DNA of 64,000 nt from Macrostomum lignano (lineage: Eukaryota). The notes beneath the pieces were generated by a model. The model was not told where the DNA came from. It worked only from the letters and a program-made list of their open reading frames with translations, and did no database searches. Of the stretch, positions 1 through 43,738 are shown in pieces; positions within the stretch are counted from its first letter, which is position 1; each line of letters begins with the position of its first letter. The stretch lies in contig NIVC01003425.1 in the NCBI GenBank assembly GCA_002269645.1, positions 1 to 64,000 of the forward strand, read 5' to 3'. The position numbers and the translations under genes are program-made.

Positions 1-108
1 AAGAACGCGGTCACACAGTGGGGTGGGGTGACAAAGCATTGGCATGTTCCCCATAGCTTTTACTGGGGGGGGGGCATGTCCGCCCCCCTTCCGGTGGTGA
101 CGGCCTTG
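1..108 (+). mobile_element. Right end of hAT-like MITE (copy 0, cut by the window edge)
   Basis: ACAAAGCATTGGCATG...CCGGTGGTGACGGCCTTG matches the right ends of the copies at 7717 and 44256. Confidence 0.65.
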
Positions 109-1477
109 GACATACACAGTTAAATAAATAAATTACATTGTATTGTGGGTATGTAACTGTACAAGTAAACAGTTAAATTGACCTTTCCCCAAAAGCGCTG
201 GCATCGTATAAAAAAGTTGGGAAAGGGCATTCGAGTCTTGAAATTTCATATAACTCGTACACCCCAAATAACTACTCGCTGACCTTTGATTAGAAATCTT
301 CATCAAAGGATCGTGCTTTGCCACATGATGATCGGGATTCACGGGAACAAAGGCTGTCGAATCCGTTATATTGAAATATTCCAGTTGAAGAAGAAAATAT
401 TACGAACGAAGGAGCGTTGAGAACAGAGTCAGAGGGCGCGAGCCAGGCTCCCGCCTCCGATCTCCCCCGTATAACTACTGAAGCCGCATCGCATTCTTTA
501 TCTCACCTGCTGTCCGGTTCCCCTCTTTTACTGCACGCAGTGCTCAGGTAGGACAGACATGCAGTTCTCCATAGCTAATGTAGCCAACCCTGCTTTTAGT
601 CCTCGCTACTCGTGTGCTCATTAATTATTGAGGACAGCACGGTATATAGCTACTGGTTTACCGGTCTGGGGAATCTAGCTATATCTGTAGAGCCCTGCAG
701 GACCGAGTTGCTGTGCTCAGCGAAAAGATTTATAAGCCCGGATACCTGCACAATTAGCTGCCTCTGTGCATGCATAAGCGATTATTTGAAAAAAGTACAA
801 ATTTAAATTTATGGATATTGGAGAGCAGAGCTGCAGCTCACATATCGCTGTCGCGGATTTCTTAGTCAGTCCTTCAGTTCATCTGCACTCGTCTCTGTTT
901 TTCTCTCTCTCTGTCCAGTTCAACCCAGTAAATCTTATCTCTCTCCCTCGCTGCCTTCTGATTGGCTGTTCGCTCTTGCCTCTTTCCTCTGTCGGGCACC
1001 CCACCCCTCCTTTTCTTATCTGCACCCAACCCCTCCCGTTAATGACTTAATCTACCCGCTTATGCCCTGCGCATTTTTTGACGGTTGTCGATCAAAAAAG
1101 GACGTGTTGAGCTTCACACACTGAAATTCACCACTTTGTCGAATTCGCAGAGAATAAATTCAACTTGTTTTCTATGAGCAGGCAGTATACTTTTTCTTAG
1201 CTTGCCTTTTTGCGATGCTTTCATTCCCCGAAGTACCCGCGGCAGGATTCAAGCTGGTCAGCTGCTGCTCACCCCTGCCCCTGCTCCGGAGTCCCCTGCT
1301 CAGCGCAGCTGCCTTCAGGCAAACTTTCCCCAACCAGCTCCCTTCTGGCTTCCTGCTCAGTCCTCGGCTGCTTCTTTACACACTGCCTGCCTGCCAGCCT
1401 ACCTGCCTAATTAGTTAGCGGGAACGTGCCCCATCTCCCCCGGCTCTCAGCATCCTCCACAGTGTCCGGCCTGTCCA

Positions 1478-1481
<4 letters not shown>

Positions 1482-1556
<75 letters not shown>

Positions 1557-1584
1557 TCTCTCTCTCTCTCTCTCTCTCTCTCTC
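1482..1584. repeat. (CT)n microsatellite
   Basis: Visible dinucleotide run. Confidence 0.97.
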
Positions 1585-2144
1585 GAGCATACGGCCGGGA
1601 TCAAGGCTCGGCCACCGATGTCTGCTGACTCTTAATTAACAAAGGTGCGCGAAAAACTTTTATTTTTAATATGAAACTAATCACAAGGAGTGAGTATGCA
1701 ATATTATATTCAGGGGATTGCAGCCTCAGAGCGTCAGTCCGGAACTCGAATCTGCGACTCCTGCATGCACTGACGCTGAAAAAAAGTAGAAAATCACTCA
1801 CTTGCAAATATGGCAAGCTGGGCGACCCTTGGGGGGAGGGGGGTGGGGGATTAAAGCGCGTGGACTCAAGCTGTGTGAGAACCCGAGCTGCGAGGCCTTC
1901 GTTGTGCTGGACTCCTGCCCCCATGCATCCTGCTTCCTTCCTTGTGCTGGGTTTCGAGCGGGCACTCGTGTGTCTCTAGGAGCAGCTTGCCGAGTCCCCT
2001 CACTATTATTCATCCAAACAATTTTAATCCTTGGGAACGGGTCGCTCTGCATCGGGATCCTGGCTGTTTATGCTCAAGGTGCTGGCTTCGTATTGGAGAT
2101 TAAGGATACGGTGCTTGAGAAGGAGTGACCACACTGTTATCACT

Positions 2145-2580
2145 GCTAGGGCAGCAGTGGAGGGTAATTGAGGAGGGGAGAGAGGGCAGCAGTGGAGGGT
2201 ATTGAGGAGGGGAGAGAGGGCAGCAGTGGAGGGTAATTGAGGAGGGAGAGAGGGCAGCAGTGGAGGGTAATTGAGGAGGGGAGAGAGGGCAGCAGTGGAG
2301 GGTATTGAGGAGGGGAGAGAGGGCAGCAGTGGAGGGTGATTGCGGAGGGGAGAGGGCAGCAGTGGAGGGTGATTGCGGAGGGGAGAGAGGGCAGCAGTGG
2401 AGGGTGATTGCGGAGGGGAGAGAGGGCAGCAGTGGAGGGTGATTGCGGAGGGGAGAGAGGCAGCAGTGGAGGGTGATTGCGAGGGGAGAGAGGGCAGCAG
2501 TGGAGGGTGATTGCGGAGAGAGCAGCAGTGGAGGGTGATTGCGAAGGGGATAGAGGGAAGCAGTGGAGGGTGATTGAGGC
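2145..2580. repeat. ~36-bp G-rich minisatellite (GGGCAGCAGTGGAGGGTGATTGCGGAGGGGAGAGA)
   Basis: About 12 tandem units. Confidence 0.93.
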
Positions 2581-4207
2581 GGCAATATGATTGAAACTTA
2601 TCAAATTGGTCATCAAAATGTAAATGCTCAAAATTCCAAGGAATATTTAATGTAGTTGAAAATTATAATTATTTTCCAAAATCGAATCCCAAGGCGCAAT
2701 CAGACGCGAATCTGGCATCGCAAAGAGAATTTCTGCAATATTCCTAGCCTGAGATCTGCCCGCTGCCCCATCATTGCGGCGCAGCTGCCGTCCGTTCGGT
2801 GGCTTTCTTTGATGAATTGATTTCTTCTGCTGTTTCAGTTTGAAAAGGCAAGAAAGACAGCAGGGAAAGGGAGAGCTGGAGCAGAGCACACGCGGTTCAA
2901 GACAGCTCAGTGGATTTTTTACTGAAGAGAATCTGCTCTTCTATGCTGCTATCATCACCATCAGCCTGCTCCCGGCTCTCCCTCATCTCCTTATTTTCCT
3001 TTTGACGCGAGCTGCGACACAATTCCCCCGTTTCGCCTTCGCCACCCCTCCAGGTCCGCCGCCCTTCTCTCGGCCATTCTGTCCGCTCCCATGGGGTGAG
3101 GGAGAACTGTGGGGGGGGACTGCAGGACGCCCTCTGAGCAAATGCAGCTGAGGCAGGGTCGGTCGGCTGTTGTTGAATTCGAGGCCTGGGGTTGGACACC
3201 GCCCAGAGCCAGTCCTGGCGGCGGTCCCCCCACCCCAGGCCTCGCAAATCGTGCGTCGCCGAAGCCTATGAAAGCCCAGCCGCTGCTCCGGGGGCTCCGA
3301 CTGCAACCGGCGGACACTTTGACAGTTTGATAGGCTGACAGTCCCTGGGGTGACTCTGTTTTCAATAAAACTCTCTCAGCCGTCTGCAGGGCAGCCAACC
3401 GGAGACTGAGGCAGCTACACTGCTGAAGAGCAGCCGTGAGCTACTGCCGCGGCAAAGTCACTCCTTGCTTCAGACGCCGATAAATATTTTTTGCGTAAGT
3501 TTCTTCCCACATCGCAGTAAACAGGCTGGTCCGGAAATCTTTTTCTCTGAAACAACTTTCCCTCACAGAATAGGCAGGTCCCGCTGCCCACCCGGCATGT
3601 TCAAAAGCAGTTTAGACTTTTAGGCCATCCCAGCTGCAACCCCCCGCCTGCCCGTTAAATATACAATAATCCAGTCTCGCGTGTGTTTGCCAAATACACG
3701 TCTCCATGGCAACGGTTTCTCTTGCCGTCTCTCTCTCTCTCCCTGCGTCCCTCTCTCTCGCCAGATTCCTCAGTCACCTCAGTCGGGTAGGTGGGGAGGC
3801 TGCAGTGCAGGCCCAGGTGCGACTTAGGCGGGGCAGCAGCTGATGCAGCAAAATGATTGCATTTATAGGGGAAACTTGCAGCGAATACTGCGACCGCCCA
3901 CCCCAAAATCGCAGCCTCCTCTCTTTGAGTCGCCTTCTGGCTTCCTTCTCCCCGCGCCTGCCTGCAGTCAATAAGCAGTTTGTTGAGTTGCAATAGTGCA
4001 ATTCCTTTGCAAACAGGAGTTCTGCTTCTCGTGAGCCCTTTTTTGTCTCTTAAGTTTTTCTCCTTTGTATTTCTTGTCTTTCCGCCCAGATTAGTGTACC
4101 ACGCACCCGTTGAAATGAAAGCCAATTGGTCTCTAAATCTGCTTTCGCTGAAGTTTTCGCAGCTAAGGGCTGGCCTTTGACTTTTTTAGATAAAGAGGCA
4201 GGGGCTC

Positions 4208-4445
4208 CCTGGCGCACTTTAAGCGACATTGTCACACTTTAACCGGCGAGAGCCATTACTGCCCACTCCGCCGACGCCTCTGAGCAGGCACACACACAGG
4301 CACAAAATCACACAGGAGTGTACAGCGGCCCTAACTTTACCTTAATCGCTAAGCATGTTCACTTCCCTGTGCCTTGGGGATTGGCCCAAGCCGAGATTCC
4401 AATTTAGCCCCAAAATAATGCGACTGCACTTGGAATCGAGCCTGG
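4208..4445 (-). repeat. Dispersed ~240-270 bp SINE-like repeat, copy A
   Basis: Reverse complement aligns with 58613-58882 over its length (e.g. TTTAAGCGACATTGTCACACTTTAACCGGCGAG, GCCGAGATTCCAATTTAGCCCCAAA, CACTTGGAATCGAGCCTGG). Confidence 0.8.
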
Positions 4446-4919
4446 CCATAGACAGTTGCATTCCGTAATTTTCCCCTGCGACTGTCCCTTCCAGATGCTG
4501 AGATTTGGCAGTCTTTTCCCAGACTCAGTCATAGAGTTCTAAACAATGGCATCTGAAGTAAAGTGTAAAAAATGTAAAAAGCAGTGATTGCTACAGAAAA
4601 TGAGAAACTTTGCCCCATGTGATGAATCAGGAAAAGTAGTCTCAAATCCATCCAGAGTCGGCTCAGTGTACTGGTGTATCAGCAAAACAGAAAGATGGCT
4701 CACTGTATAAAGCAACAGCATATGATTATCGGCATTTTGAAATGCCAGAGCTGATGCCCCGGGTCCCCGGAGAGCCCAGTGAAGCCGCTGTATAGTCCAG
4801 CCTCGTGAGCCATCTTGTGGTTTTCACAGCTCTGCTTGCCAGGCGCCAGGGATGTGGGGGAGACTGAGGGGGTTGAGATAGATGAGGATGAACTACAGTT
4901 TTTAAGAGAGATAATGGAA

Positions 4920-5330
4920 TAAGAGGGGTAGAATTGAGTGCGTGAGAGCAGAGATGAGAGAGAGGTGAGAGCGAAGATATGAGATAAGGAGAGGGAACAA
5001 AAGAGCCATGAGAGTGAAGAAGAGAGAGCCATGAGAGTGAAGAAGAGAGAGCCATGAGATTGAAGAAGAGAGAGCCATGAGAGTGAAGAAGAGAGAGCCA
5101 TGAGAGTGACGAAGAGAGAGCCATGAGAGTGAAGAAGAGAGAGCCATGAGAGTGAAGAAGAGAGAGCCATGAGATTGAAGAAGAGAGAGCCGTGAGATTG
5201 AAGAAGAGAATTGTGGAGAGTGGAGAAAAGAGGGTTGAGAGTGGAGAAGTGAGAGAGGGAGAGTAGAGATGAGATAGGCGAAGGAAGAGAGGGAGATTGG
5301 AGACAGAGGTGGAGAAGAGAGTCAAAGCAG
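4920..5330. repeat. Purine-rich tract including a 23-bp tandem (GAGAGCCATGAGAGTGAAGAAGA)
   Basis: About 8 units at ~5000-5205 inside a GA-rich region. Confidence 0.9.
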
Positions 5331-5739
5331 ACGACAGGAAGCGGAAGTCAGTTGTTAGGCACAGAAAATCCCGTCAGAGGGAGAACGGGAAGTGACGGAG
5401 AGGTTGCCAGGGGAAGTGCAGCAGGCACAAGTTCAGCAATTTTTGTCAATATTTTGGATTTCATGCTAATTTTCTTTTACCCCAGATGAAAATGCAGCAT
5501 AAGCAGCGAGCTTTGAAAATAGGAGTTCTTGCATCGAAATTGCACGAGGTCACAACACAGGTGTAAATTCCAATCTCGGAACTCCAATCTTAATTTCGAA
5601 TTCGAATACGCAGATACCAGAACTTAAGTCCCAATTTTGAGTCCAATAGCTGGATTTCCAACTACGAGTACAAACCCAAAATTTGAATTCGGTTTTCTAA
5701 ATCCCAAAAATTGCACCCCAAAATTCCTATCCATATTCA

Positions 5740-6335
5740 AATTCTCAAATCCCATTTCTCAAATCCCATTTCTCAAATCCCAATTCCCAAATCCCTATTA
5801 CCAAATCCAAAATCCAAAATCCAAAATCCCAATTGCCTAATCCGATTTCTCAAATCCCAATTCCCAAATCCCAATTGCCTAATCCGATTTCTCAAATCCC
5901 AATTCCCAAATCCCAAATCCCAAATCCCGAATCCTAATTCCTAAATCCCAAATCCCAAATCCCAAATCCCGAATCCTAATTCCTAAATCCCAAATCCCAA
6001 ATCCCAAATCCCAAATCCCGAATCCCAATTTCCAAATCCCAAAAATCCAATCCCGAATCCCAAATCCTAATTCCTGAATCCCAAATCCCAAATCCCAAAT
6101 CCATAATCCCAAATCCCGAATCCTAATTCCTAAATCCCAAATCCCAAATCCCAAATCCCGAATCCCAATTTCCAAATCCCAAAAATCTAATCCCGAATCC
6201 CAAATCCTAAATCCCGAATCCCAAATCCCAAATCCCAACTCTCAAATCCCGAATCCCAATTCTCAAATCCCGAAAAATCAAATCCTGAATCCCAAATCCC
6301 TATTACCAAATCCCAATTCCCAAATCCTAAATCCC
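5740..6335. repeat. Degenerate (CCCAAAT/CCCGAAT)n heptamer array
   Basis: Tandem heptamers ending ~100 nt before the RasGRF ATG. Confidence 0.93.
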
Positions 6336-6432
6336 ACTTCCCACATTGCATTTTTCGAGTCCTAACTACCCGATTATCCGCAGACGCAGCTCAGAATCGC
6401 CAAGTCGCCAAACAGCAGCAGCAGCAGCAGTC

Positions 6433-35854
<29,422 letters not shown>

Positions 35855-38800
35855 GAGCAGTCCCAGAGAATTCGTTGAAAAGTAGCCATGTGTCAATTGC
35901 AAATATGAGCTTATCCTGATTCTTATTTGTAACTGAAAGCAGAGCTTAGCTTCAAAGATTCCAGCTGCAGCAAATAGCTTTTTGAGCAAAATTTGCGCGA
36001 GCTTTTTCCATGAAATTCCCGACTTTTATCTACTTTTTTAGCGTTCCTTTTGTGCTTATCTGAGCAGTATCTGAATATATTCAATACTCCAATATAATAT
36101 TCACATAGCACTGTTGTGAATGAACTTTGTAACACTGATGTGACTGTCTTTTTATTTTCCTATTTAATAATTGATCCAATGGCTATATCATTCGTATTGT
36201 TCGATGTTCGACGCAATCCTTGTATACAGTGCTTGGAGGTTACATAATTTCATCTTGTGGTGCCGTGACGTCTGTGTACATGTTCGTAATCGTTTCTGTA
36301 CTATATTTGTACTATTTCATTAAGTAATTAAAAGAATTACATGTAATTTGGACAGTGTTATAAATTTTTCATTGAATTAAATTACTTTTTCTCTTTAAAA
36401 TAATAACCGCGACGTTATTTTGTTTTAGGGTGTAAAATTTGTTCACGCATCTTGTCTGGCTGATGTCTTCATTAACTTTCTATTCCCTTTGCGACAGTCT
36501 TTTGACAAAACTGTTCACTGTTCGTTGCTGTGTGCGCAATAAATTGCGTTTTGTCGCATTTTTTATCTACAATTTCATTATTTTACTAACCATGTATACT
36601 TATTAAGCTTTTTTTAACTGAATTGTTACATTGCTTTAAATTTAAAACTTTATATGTCAGTCCTAGCTTCTATTGTTCAATGATCGAGCAGAATTACCAA
36701 CGCGTATTAAAGAAAGCAAAAACACCCTTTTTAACAAATTATTTATTTTCCCTATTGTATTTGAAACCGATGGTTTCTTTAAATTTGTGGCGCCAAAGCA
36801 CTAATTGCTAAAACTCATGTCGAGTTGCTGTCATCGCATCTGTGTTAAGCAAGCTTTTATTATCAGGCTTGCTGATTTATTCTTGTCTTAATTCTTCGCG
36901 CCATTTTATTAACGAATTTATCGCTAATAACTATCAAATTTTGTGTCATATTTACTACACTTGCCGACTTTACTGTGAATCATTTAGTTTTTCTCTTTTC
37001 CTATACCTTCTCTTACAGTTTTATTGAAATATTTGTGTCTTTTGTGTATTTTCATTCACTAAAATAAATACAAACCAGGGGAGACCGGGATTTCTTCAAG
37101 ATGTATTATAGTTTGTGTTCTTAAAATGCTAGTGTTTTTAGTTATGCTAGTGAACTACAAATTTTACCTACTAAAGTAGAGTTGATTGTGTAAAATTTGA
37201 ATTACGGTACATGCACATGTACATGTACACGGGTAACTCATTATTAATTAAAAAATCAGGTATACAATTATTTCGTGTGCATTGAAACCTCCAGTTGGAA
37301 AAAACTACAGTACATATGCAGTTTGGGGTGTCTTTCTGAAATGATATGCTCATACATATATGTGATCAGTTGTGCTGAAAGCAAGTAGCATGCGTGACCA
37401 TGGGGTTTCCATTTCCAAAGGAAACAATGTGTTGTTTTGAGCAAATTTATATTTTAAAATAATTAACACTATTAAAAATTTGCGTTTCTCTACTGTTTGG
37501 AGAACATTTAATATGAAAAATAAACTGAAAATGTAGTTGTTAAGGACTTGCCACAATTGTGCGCTTGTTCGTTAAAAAGCGTTCAGTTTTTTTAATAGCG
37601 TTGATTAATTGCATGATTGTGTAGTTAAAATATTTTTAATTACCAGGTTAACGAAATTTTCGTTAGAAAGTTTCATTTTTACCACATATAGATAGCTTTA
37701 ATTTTGTCTGAATAAGTAGCTCCGCAAATTCTCCATCGCATTTCTTTTGCTTTCTAGCAATTATGCATATGTAACGATCGAGAATTATCGACAGGTCCAT
37801 AAATACATAACCGTAGTTTTGAATATGGGCGACTTCGCTATCCGGGGCTTATGTTGTTACTATTCTGAAAAGTAGGCGGATTTTTTTGGAGAAATCAGTA
37901 AAATAAATAAATAGAATGAATCGAAAAGGTCGCAATCATGTTCTCAGCTGTCCTAAAAAGACATCTGCAACGTAATATATAGCACATATGTTCCTTTCAG
38001 TTAATCTTAATGATTAGCTTATTGGCAATAAGCGGTTTCGGTATTTTTTGTAAACAATGATTTGAAAATTTACATGTAGGCTTTTTTAGTTAATGACTCG
38101 CCAATAGAAAACAAACGAGTCAAAGCCAAGAAGTCAACGCTTTTCAGGAACCGATAACATGCTCGATATATTTTGAACAAAGTATTCTAATCAGCCGTTG
38201 GCTGGTCATCATAGAAATCAGTAAATAAAAATATTGTCTTTAGATACAAATAACACAAAGGAATTTTCTTCGGATACCATTACCTTGCCTTCTCAAATAA
38301 GAAGACATTTCACGGTTGCTTTGTTTTTCATCAGGCATGACATTTGATGTCTCAATGACATCAAATGACATTTGATGTCTCAATTGTCAGAGGTGTGAAC
38401 CAGCCTTAAAAGCATACTTTTATTTCAACAAATTACCTCAATAAGTATGAATTGATTCTTATTAGGCTTATATTGCGATAATTAAAACCCTTTAGCCTTC
38501 ACAGAAGGCAAACAAAAAAGCCGTAATACTCGTAAGTAGCACAATAAACATCTGTTTCTTTGAATTTTAAAATATGTCGAAACAGCCGCAAATACATCGA
38601 AAAGTTTAGAACGCAAAGAAAAATTAATTATTCAAAGAAACGAAAATTCGACTGCATGGAAAAAGTTTTGCGAACTGGATTCAGTTCAGAAGGTATTGCA
38701 GGAGTTTCGCTTATTCCACAATACGAGTAGTGAAAAGTTGTACAATGGCACAAATTCGAAATTTAATTAATATTAATGAAGTCCAGAAATCTTGGAGTAA

Positions 38801-39045
38801 AGTTTTTCTTCTTCGCATTAGCAAATTAATCGATGATGCAGATTGCAAATGAGATGGAAGATCGTAGAGAGCTTTCTGGTGATCTTTGCGTTGCAACAAC
38901 TGTAATTATGCAGTACTGCGTACATAACAACGAATTCAAATGGTTTGATTGGTACCAACTGCTCAAAATGATCTATCTTGATGTTCACTGCAAACAGCTC
39001 ATCAAAACGCTTCTAATTTTCTACTAGTCATCAGCATCGACTGAA

Positions 39046-41767
39046 TCAGTTCAATTCCAGCAGCTGGCCAGGCACCAGACCCCTGTGCCCATTCACCTCA
39101 GCGTTATACATTCCGTCGGGGCGCATCGGACCGAACGTCGTAACATCGTCGCCGCGGCGCAGCTCAAGTTCATAAGAGGGAAAAGCGGATGGCGATTCTT
39201 CACTCGGTCGGTAGTCTCTAGCAGCGCGTCGCTTTGCGCCCTGTTGCTGCTGTGGCTCCTCATGAGGCTGCATATGTGACGGTGAAAACTGCGGCGGTGA
39301 CTGCTGTGACTGATACTTGGGCGACGGCGAAGAGTAATATGGATCCATAGGCCCGCTGCTTGGCCGGCCTATGGGGGCGTCGTCCCTGCCCGGACTGCGA
39401 CCTTTAGCGGCATCGCCTGCCGGTATTTCAATCTTGTCCGATGTTTCACCATCGTAGCCGAATGTCTGAACGCCCAGTGAGACGAGAGCGCCAAGCGAAG
39501 TCTTCGGAATGAGCGACTTGGTTAGGCGGCAGCTCACCACGGTCTGCTCCTCGACACCATTCACGAACACTCTGTAGCCAGCAACCACAACGCCTTGGTT
39601 CCGGTCCAGATTGTCCAGCTGCGGCGCTTCCCACTCCAGCATGATGCTGCCGTCGCCAAGGACGCGGCTAATGCGTACGTTCATCGGCGGATCGAGCAGC
39701 CGAGGTGTCGGCCGATTTCTTGTGGGCTCAATGTCGGCACGACTCAACCTGGCAGCAGTAGGTCTGGCCTGTGGTGGCGAACGGCCCCGCTGTCGCACTG
39801 GTTCGGGCTGCACAGGGTACGCCGCAGCTGCTGGACTGTAGGGACTCGAGTACGGATCGTCAGCGGGACGATATTGCGGCTGTCGCGAGGCGCGAAGTGA
39901 CGGATAGTTATTTGAATCGTCACGTGTCGGTTGCTGTTGCTGCGGCTGAGACTGGTACTGAGGTTTAATTGGATCTTCCGGTTGCTCGTGTTGATGTGGA
40001 TCACGATTATTAGCGTAATTAGGGTAATCACTCTCAGGCTTCTGCTGCTGCGGCTTCTGTTGTTGCTGGTATTGTGTGGCAGCGCGCGGCTCGTATGCGG
40101 CTTTTGGCGACGCTGGAGGATCTTCATAGGCAGGCGAGTAATAAGGCTGTTTTTGTGGCTGCTTCTGTGGCTGTTTTTGCTGCTGCTGCTCCGACTGCGA
40201 CAGTGGTGAAAGCGGTGCCTGGTCACTGGATCTGGGTCGACCCTGTGACTTTGCGACGATCTGCTCTGAGAGCGGCATGTCGTCCGGGTTGACCAGGTAG
40301 TCGATTGGATCAACATAGTCATCTACAGTTTTCCTCTGATTCTGATCCGCCTCCTGCAGCAGCTCCCTCGGCAAGCGCTCCCCACCTCCGCGAAGCTCGT
40401 TAGCCAGGCGTCGAATCAGGTCGTCCTTCTCCTTGCAGCGTTTTTGCAAGCGCTCAACTTTTGGCCTCAGTTTTGCAACAAGCAGCTCGTTCTTGAACTT
40501 GTCTCGCTCTAGGTCTTCGTAGCGCTTCTTAATTTTGTGAAAGTCAGTCTCAAGATCGCGGTAGAAGTCATTCTCACGCTCAAGCTCGTTAAGAACATCC
40601 TTGAGCTTCCCCAACTCCTGCTGCAGGCCCTCTTCATCTGTGGACTTTTCTCGCAACATGTCCTTGAGCTGCTGGGTCTCAACTAGCAAGTCTCGTCGAT
40701 CCTTTAAAACTTTATTTTTGTCCTTTAAGGCCATTTTCAGATCATGCACTAGTTCTTCAAGGGTCTCCTTGTCTCGTTTAAGTGTCTCAAGATGGAACAC
40801 TTTAGCTTCCAGTGCTCGCACAGCTTCAGAAATATACGCGTTCTCTTCTTCAAGGTTTCGACATCGTTCGCGGTAGTCAGCGAGCTTGTCCACCTGCTCT
40901 TTAAGCGCTTTGTTCTCGCGCTCGGCTGTTCGATAGTGACTGTCCGACACCGCTTTTTCGTTCTCCGCACTAGCGATGGAGCTCTTGGCTTCAACAAGTT
41001 CGCGGTTTAGGTTCTCAATCTGCTCATTTTTTGCTCTTACCTCTCGCTCCTTTCTCGCTAGCTGGTTTTGCAGACTCTTTAACTCAGATTTGGCGCCATC
41101 AACCTCCAACTCGATGCTTGCCAGTTCATCTTTGGTCCTGTCCAGCTCCTCGCTAACCGCCTGCAATCTTTCAGCCTCCTTCAGTGCATTCTTAGCGACA
41201 ATGACTCGATCCAGGTTGTCTACTTCTGACTGCAGCTGAAATATCATGCGCTCTTTGTCAGCAATGTCTTCACCAAGCCTTGCATTGTCCTCCGTGAGGT
41301 CGGCGATGACTTTCTCCTGGTTGTTGATTTGTCTCTCCTTGTCCTTGATCAGATGCCTCAGCATGTAGGCATCGTCCGCTATTTTCAGCTTGCGATTCAT
41401 TTCGCGTTCAATGTATCGATTTGTGTCCAGCTCGCGGCTTTGAGCACGGTTCTCCGTTTTCAGATCGTCTAGCTCAGACTCATGGGGCTGGTGAGAGCGT
41501 CTAGCTGCTTGAGAAGCGTAACTAGTACCGTTCTCAGCGCCACCATTCTCTTGCTGCAACTGCTTATTGAGCCAAGGTGATGTCACTGGCTGGGTGCCGT
41601 TTGGATGTTCGTCCCTCAGGGTGGAGTTCTTCAAACGCTGTGGGTCCTGATGTTGGTGCTGATGAGGCGGCGGTTGCTGGCTTTGACCGAACCCGTTGTC
41701 TTCGTGTTGATGCGGAGGACGCTCTCGAATTGACGGCTTCTTTGGCACTGGCGGAGGCTGACGTTGT

Positions 41768-41798
<31 letters not shown>

Positions 41799-41865
41799 TT
41801 TGCTGAAACTGGTTATAGCTCAGCGGCCTAGGATTCGGATATGACTGCGGCTGCTGACTTGTCAT
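39046..41865 (-). CDS. Intronless RIM-binding protein (RIMBP)-like protein: Q/P-rich N-terminus, long coiled coil, one FN3, one C-terminal SH3 (939 aa)
   Basis: Uninterrupted ATG-to-TGA ORF. DPPMNVRISRV...MLEWEAP...VAGYRVFVNG resembles the third FN3 of RIMBP2. AARDYRP...ELELRRGD...FGPMRPDGMYNAEVNGHRGLVPG resembles RIMBP-type SH3 (ELP...G.MD.DGFY.GE...RGLVPSN). Confidence 0.85.
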
Positions 41866-42764
41866 GATTATACAATTGCAGCAACTTCGCTCTCTGCTTC
41901 AAAGTTTTTTTGAACTTTTCCTTAGAAAACTGTTAATAGCTTGTGTCTGTTGTTGAAGAATCGCTAATCCTGTATCAAAGTTGGTCGCGCCTCTCTGCGT
42001 AACGCTTCTAGCTTTTATTGACGGAATAAGCTAAATATCGAGCTGGTTGTCAAAGCTAATTTGGGCGGTTCCCTGCCAAACAACAGGCGTCTAGAGAGGA
42101 GAGAGGCGGGGGTTGTTAACGGAGTCGGTACGAGCTCTGTGCGCATAAAACACCGCGGGAGGCAGAAGGCTTGTGCGACTCTTAGGCTGAACAGCTTGGC
42201 TGCCCAGGTCTGACGCACTTTGGGGAGGGGGGGGGCTGGCTGAAAGGGCTGCTCAAACCGAGGCAAGAAGCCGAAATATGCGGGTGATCAGAATAATCGA
42301 TTTCTTCTCGCCGCGATCGCCTATTTGGACGTCAGGGTCTCAGCTGGCCCTAGCAGTCTCGGGCTCTCTCTCCCTTTTCCTCTCTCCATTGCCACGGTTC
42401 AACCCCTGCTCCCGTGAGAAGGGGGTAGAGGGGAAGAGGGGAGCGAGAGGAAAAAATAGCTGCGGTATTTTAGTAGCAAAGCTGGTGGCAGCATACCAGC
42501 GTAGCTATGCAGATCTTATTGATCTGATCATTTCCTTTCGGCATGCTGGAATGCTTTCACAATCCCAAGTCAGAAGCACCACCAGGCTTAAGCAAGTTTC
42601 AGCTCGTCGAGGCCAATTTAGGAAGGAACTTTGTGAAGGATTATTTATTGTGCGGCAATAGGCTATGGAAGACGGATTTTATAGATATGGTTTAAAACAT
42701 TGAACACTTTTTACAAAATTTACACAAAAGCCAAACTAGGAATTTACTACTATCTCCTAATGCT

Positions 42765-43738
<974 letters not shown>

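Noticed and set aside
133-4200. Many 60-160 aa ORFs upstream of RasGRF
   Set aside because: No recognisable domains, no consistent exon chain, and they overlap repeats.
5740-6335. Telomere-like (TTTGGGA)n
   Set aside because: Degenerate, interstitial and not TTAGGG; treated as a simple repeat.
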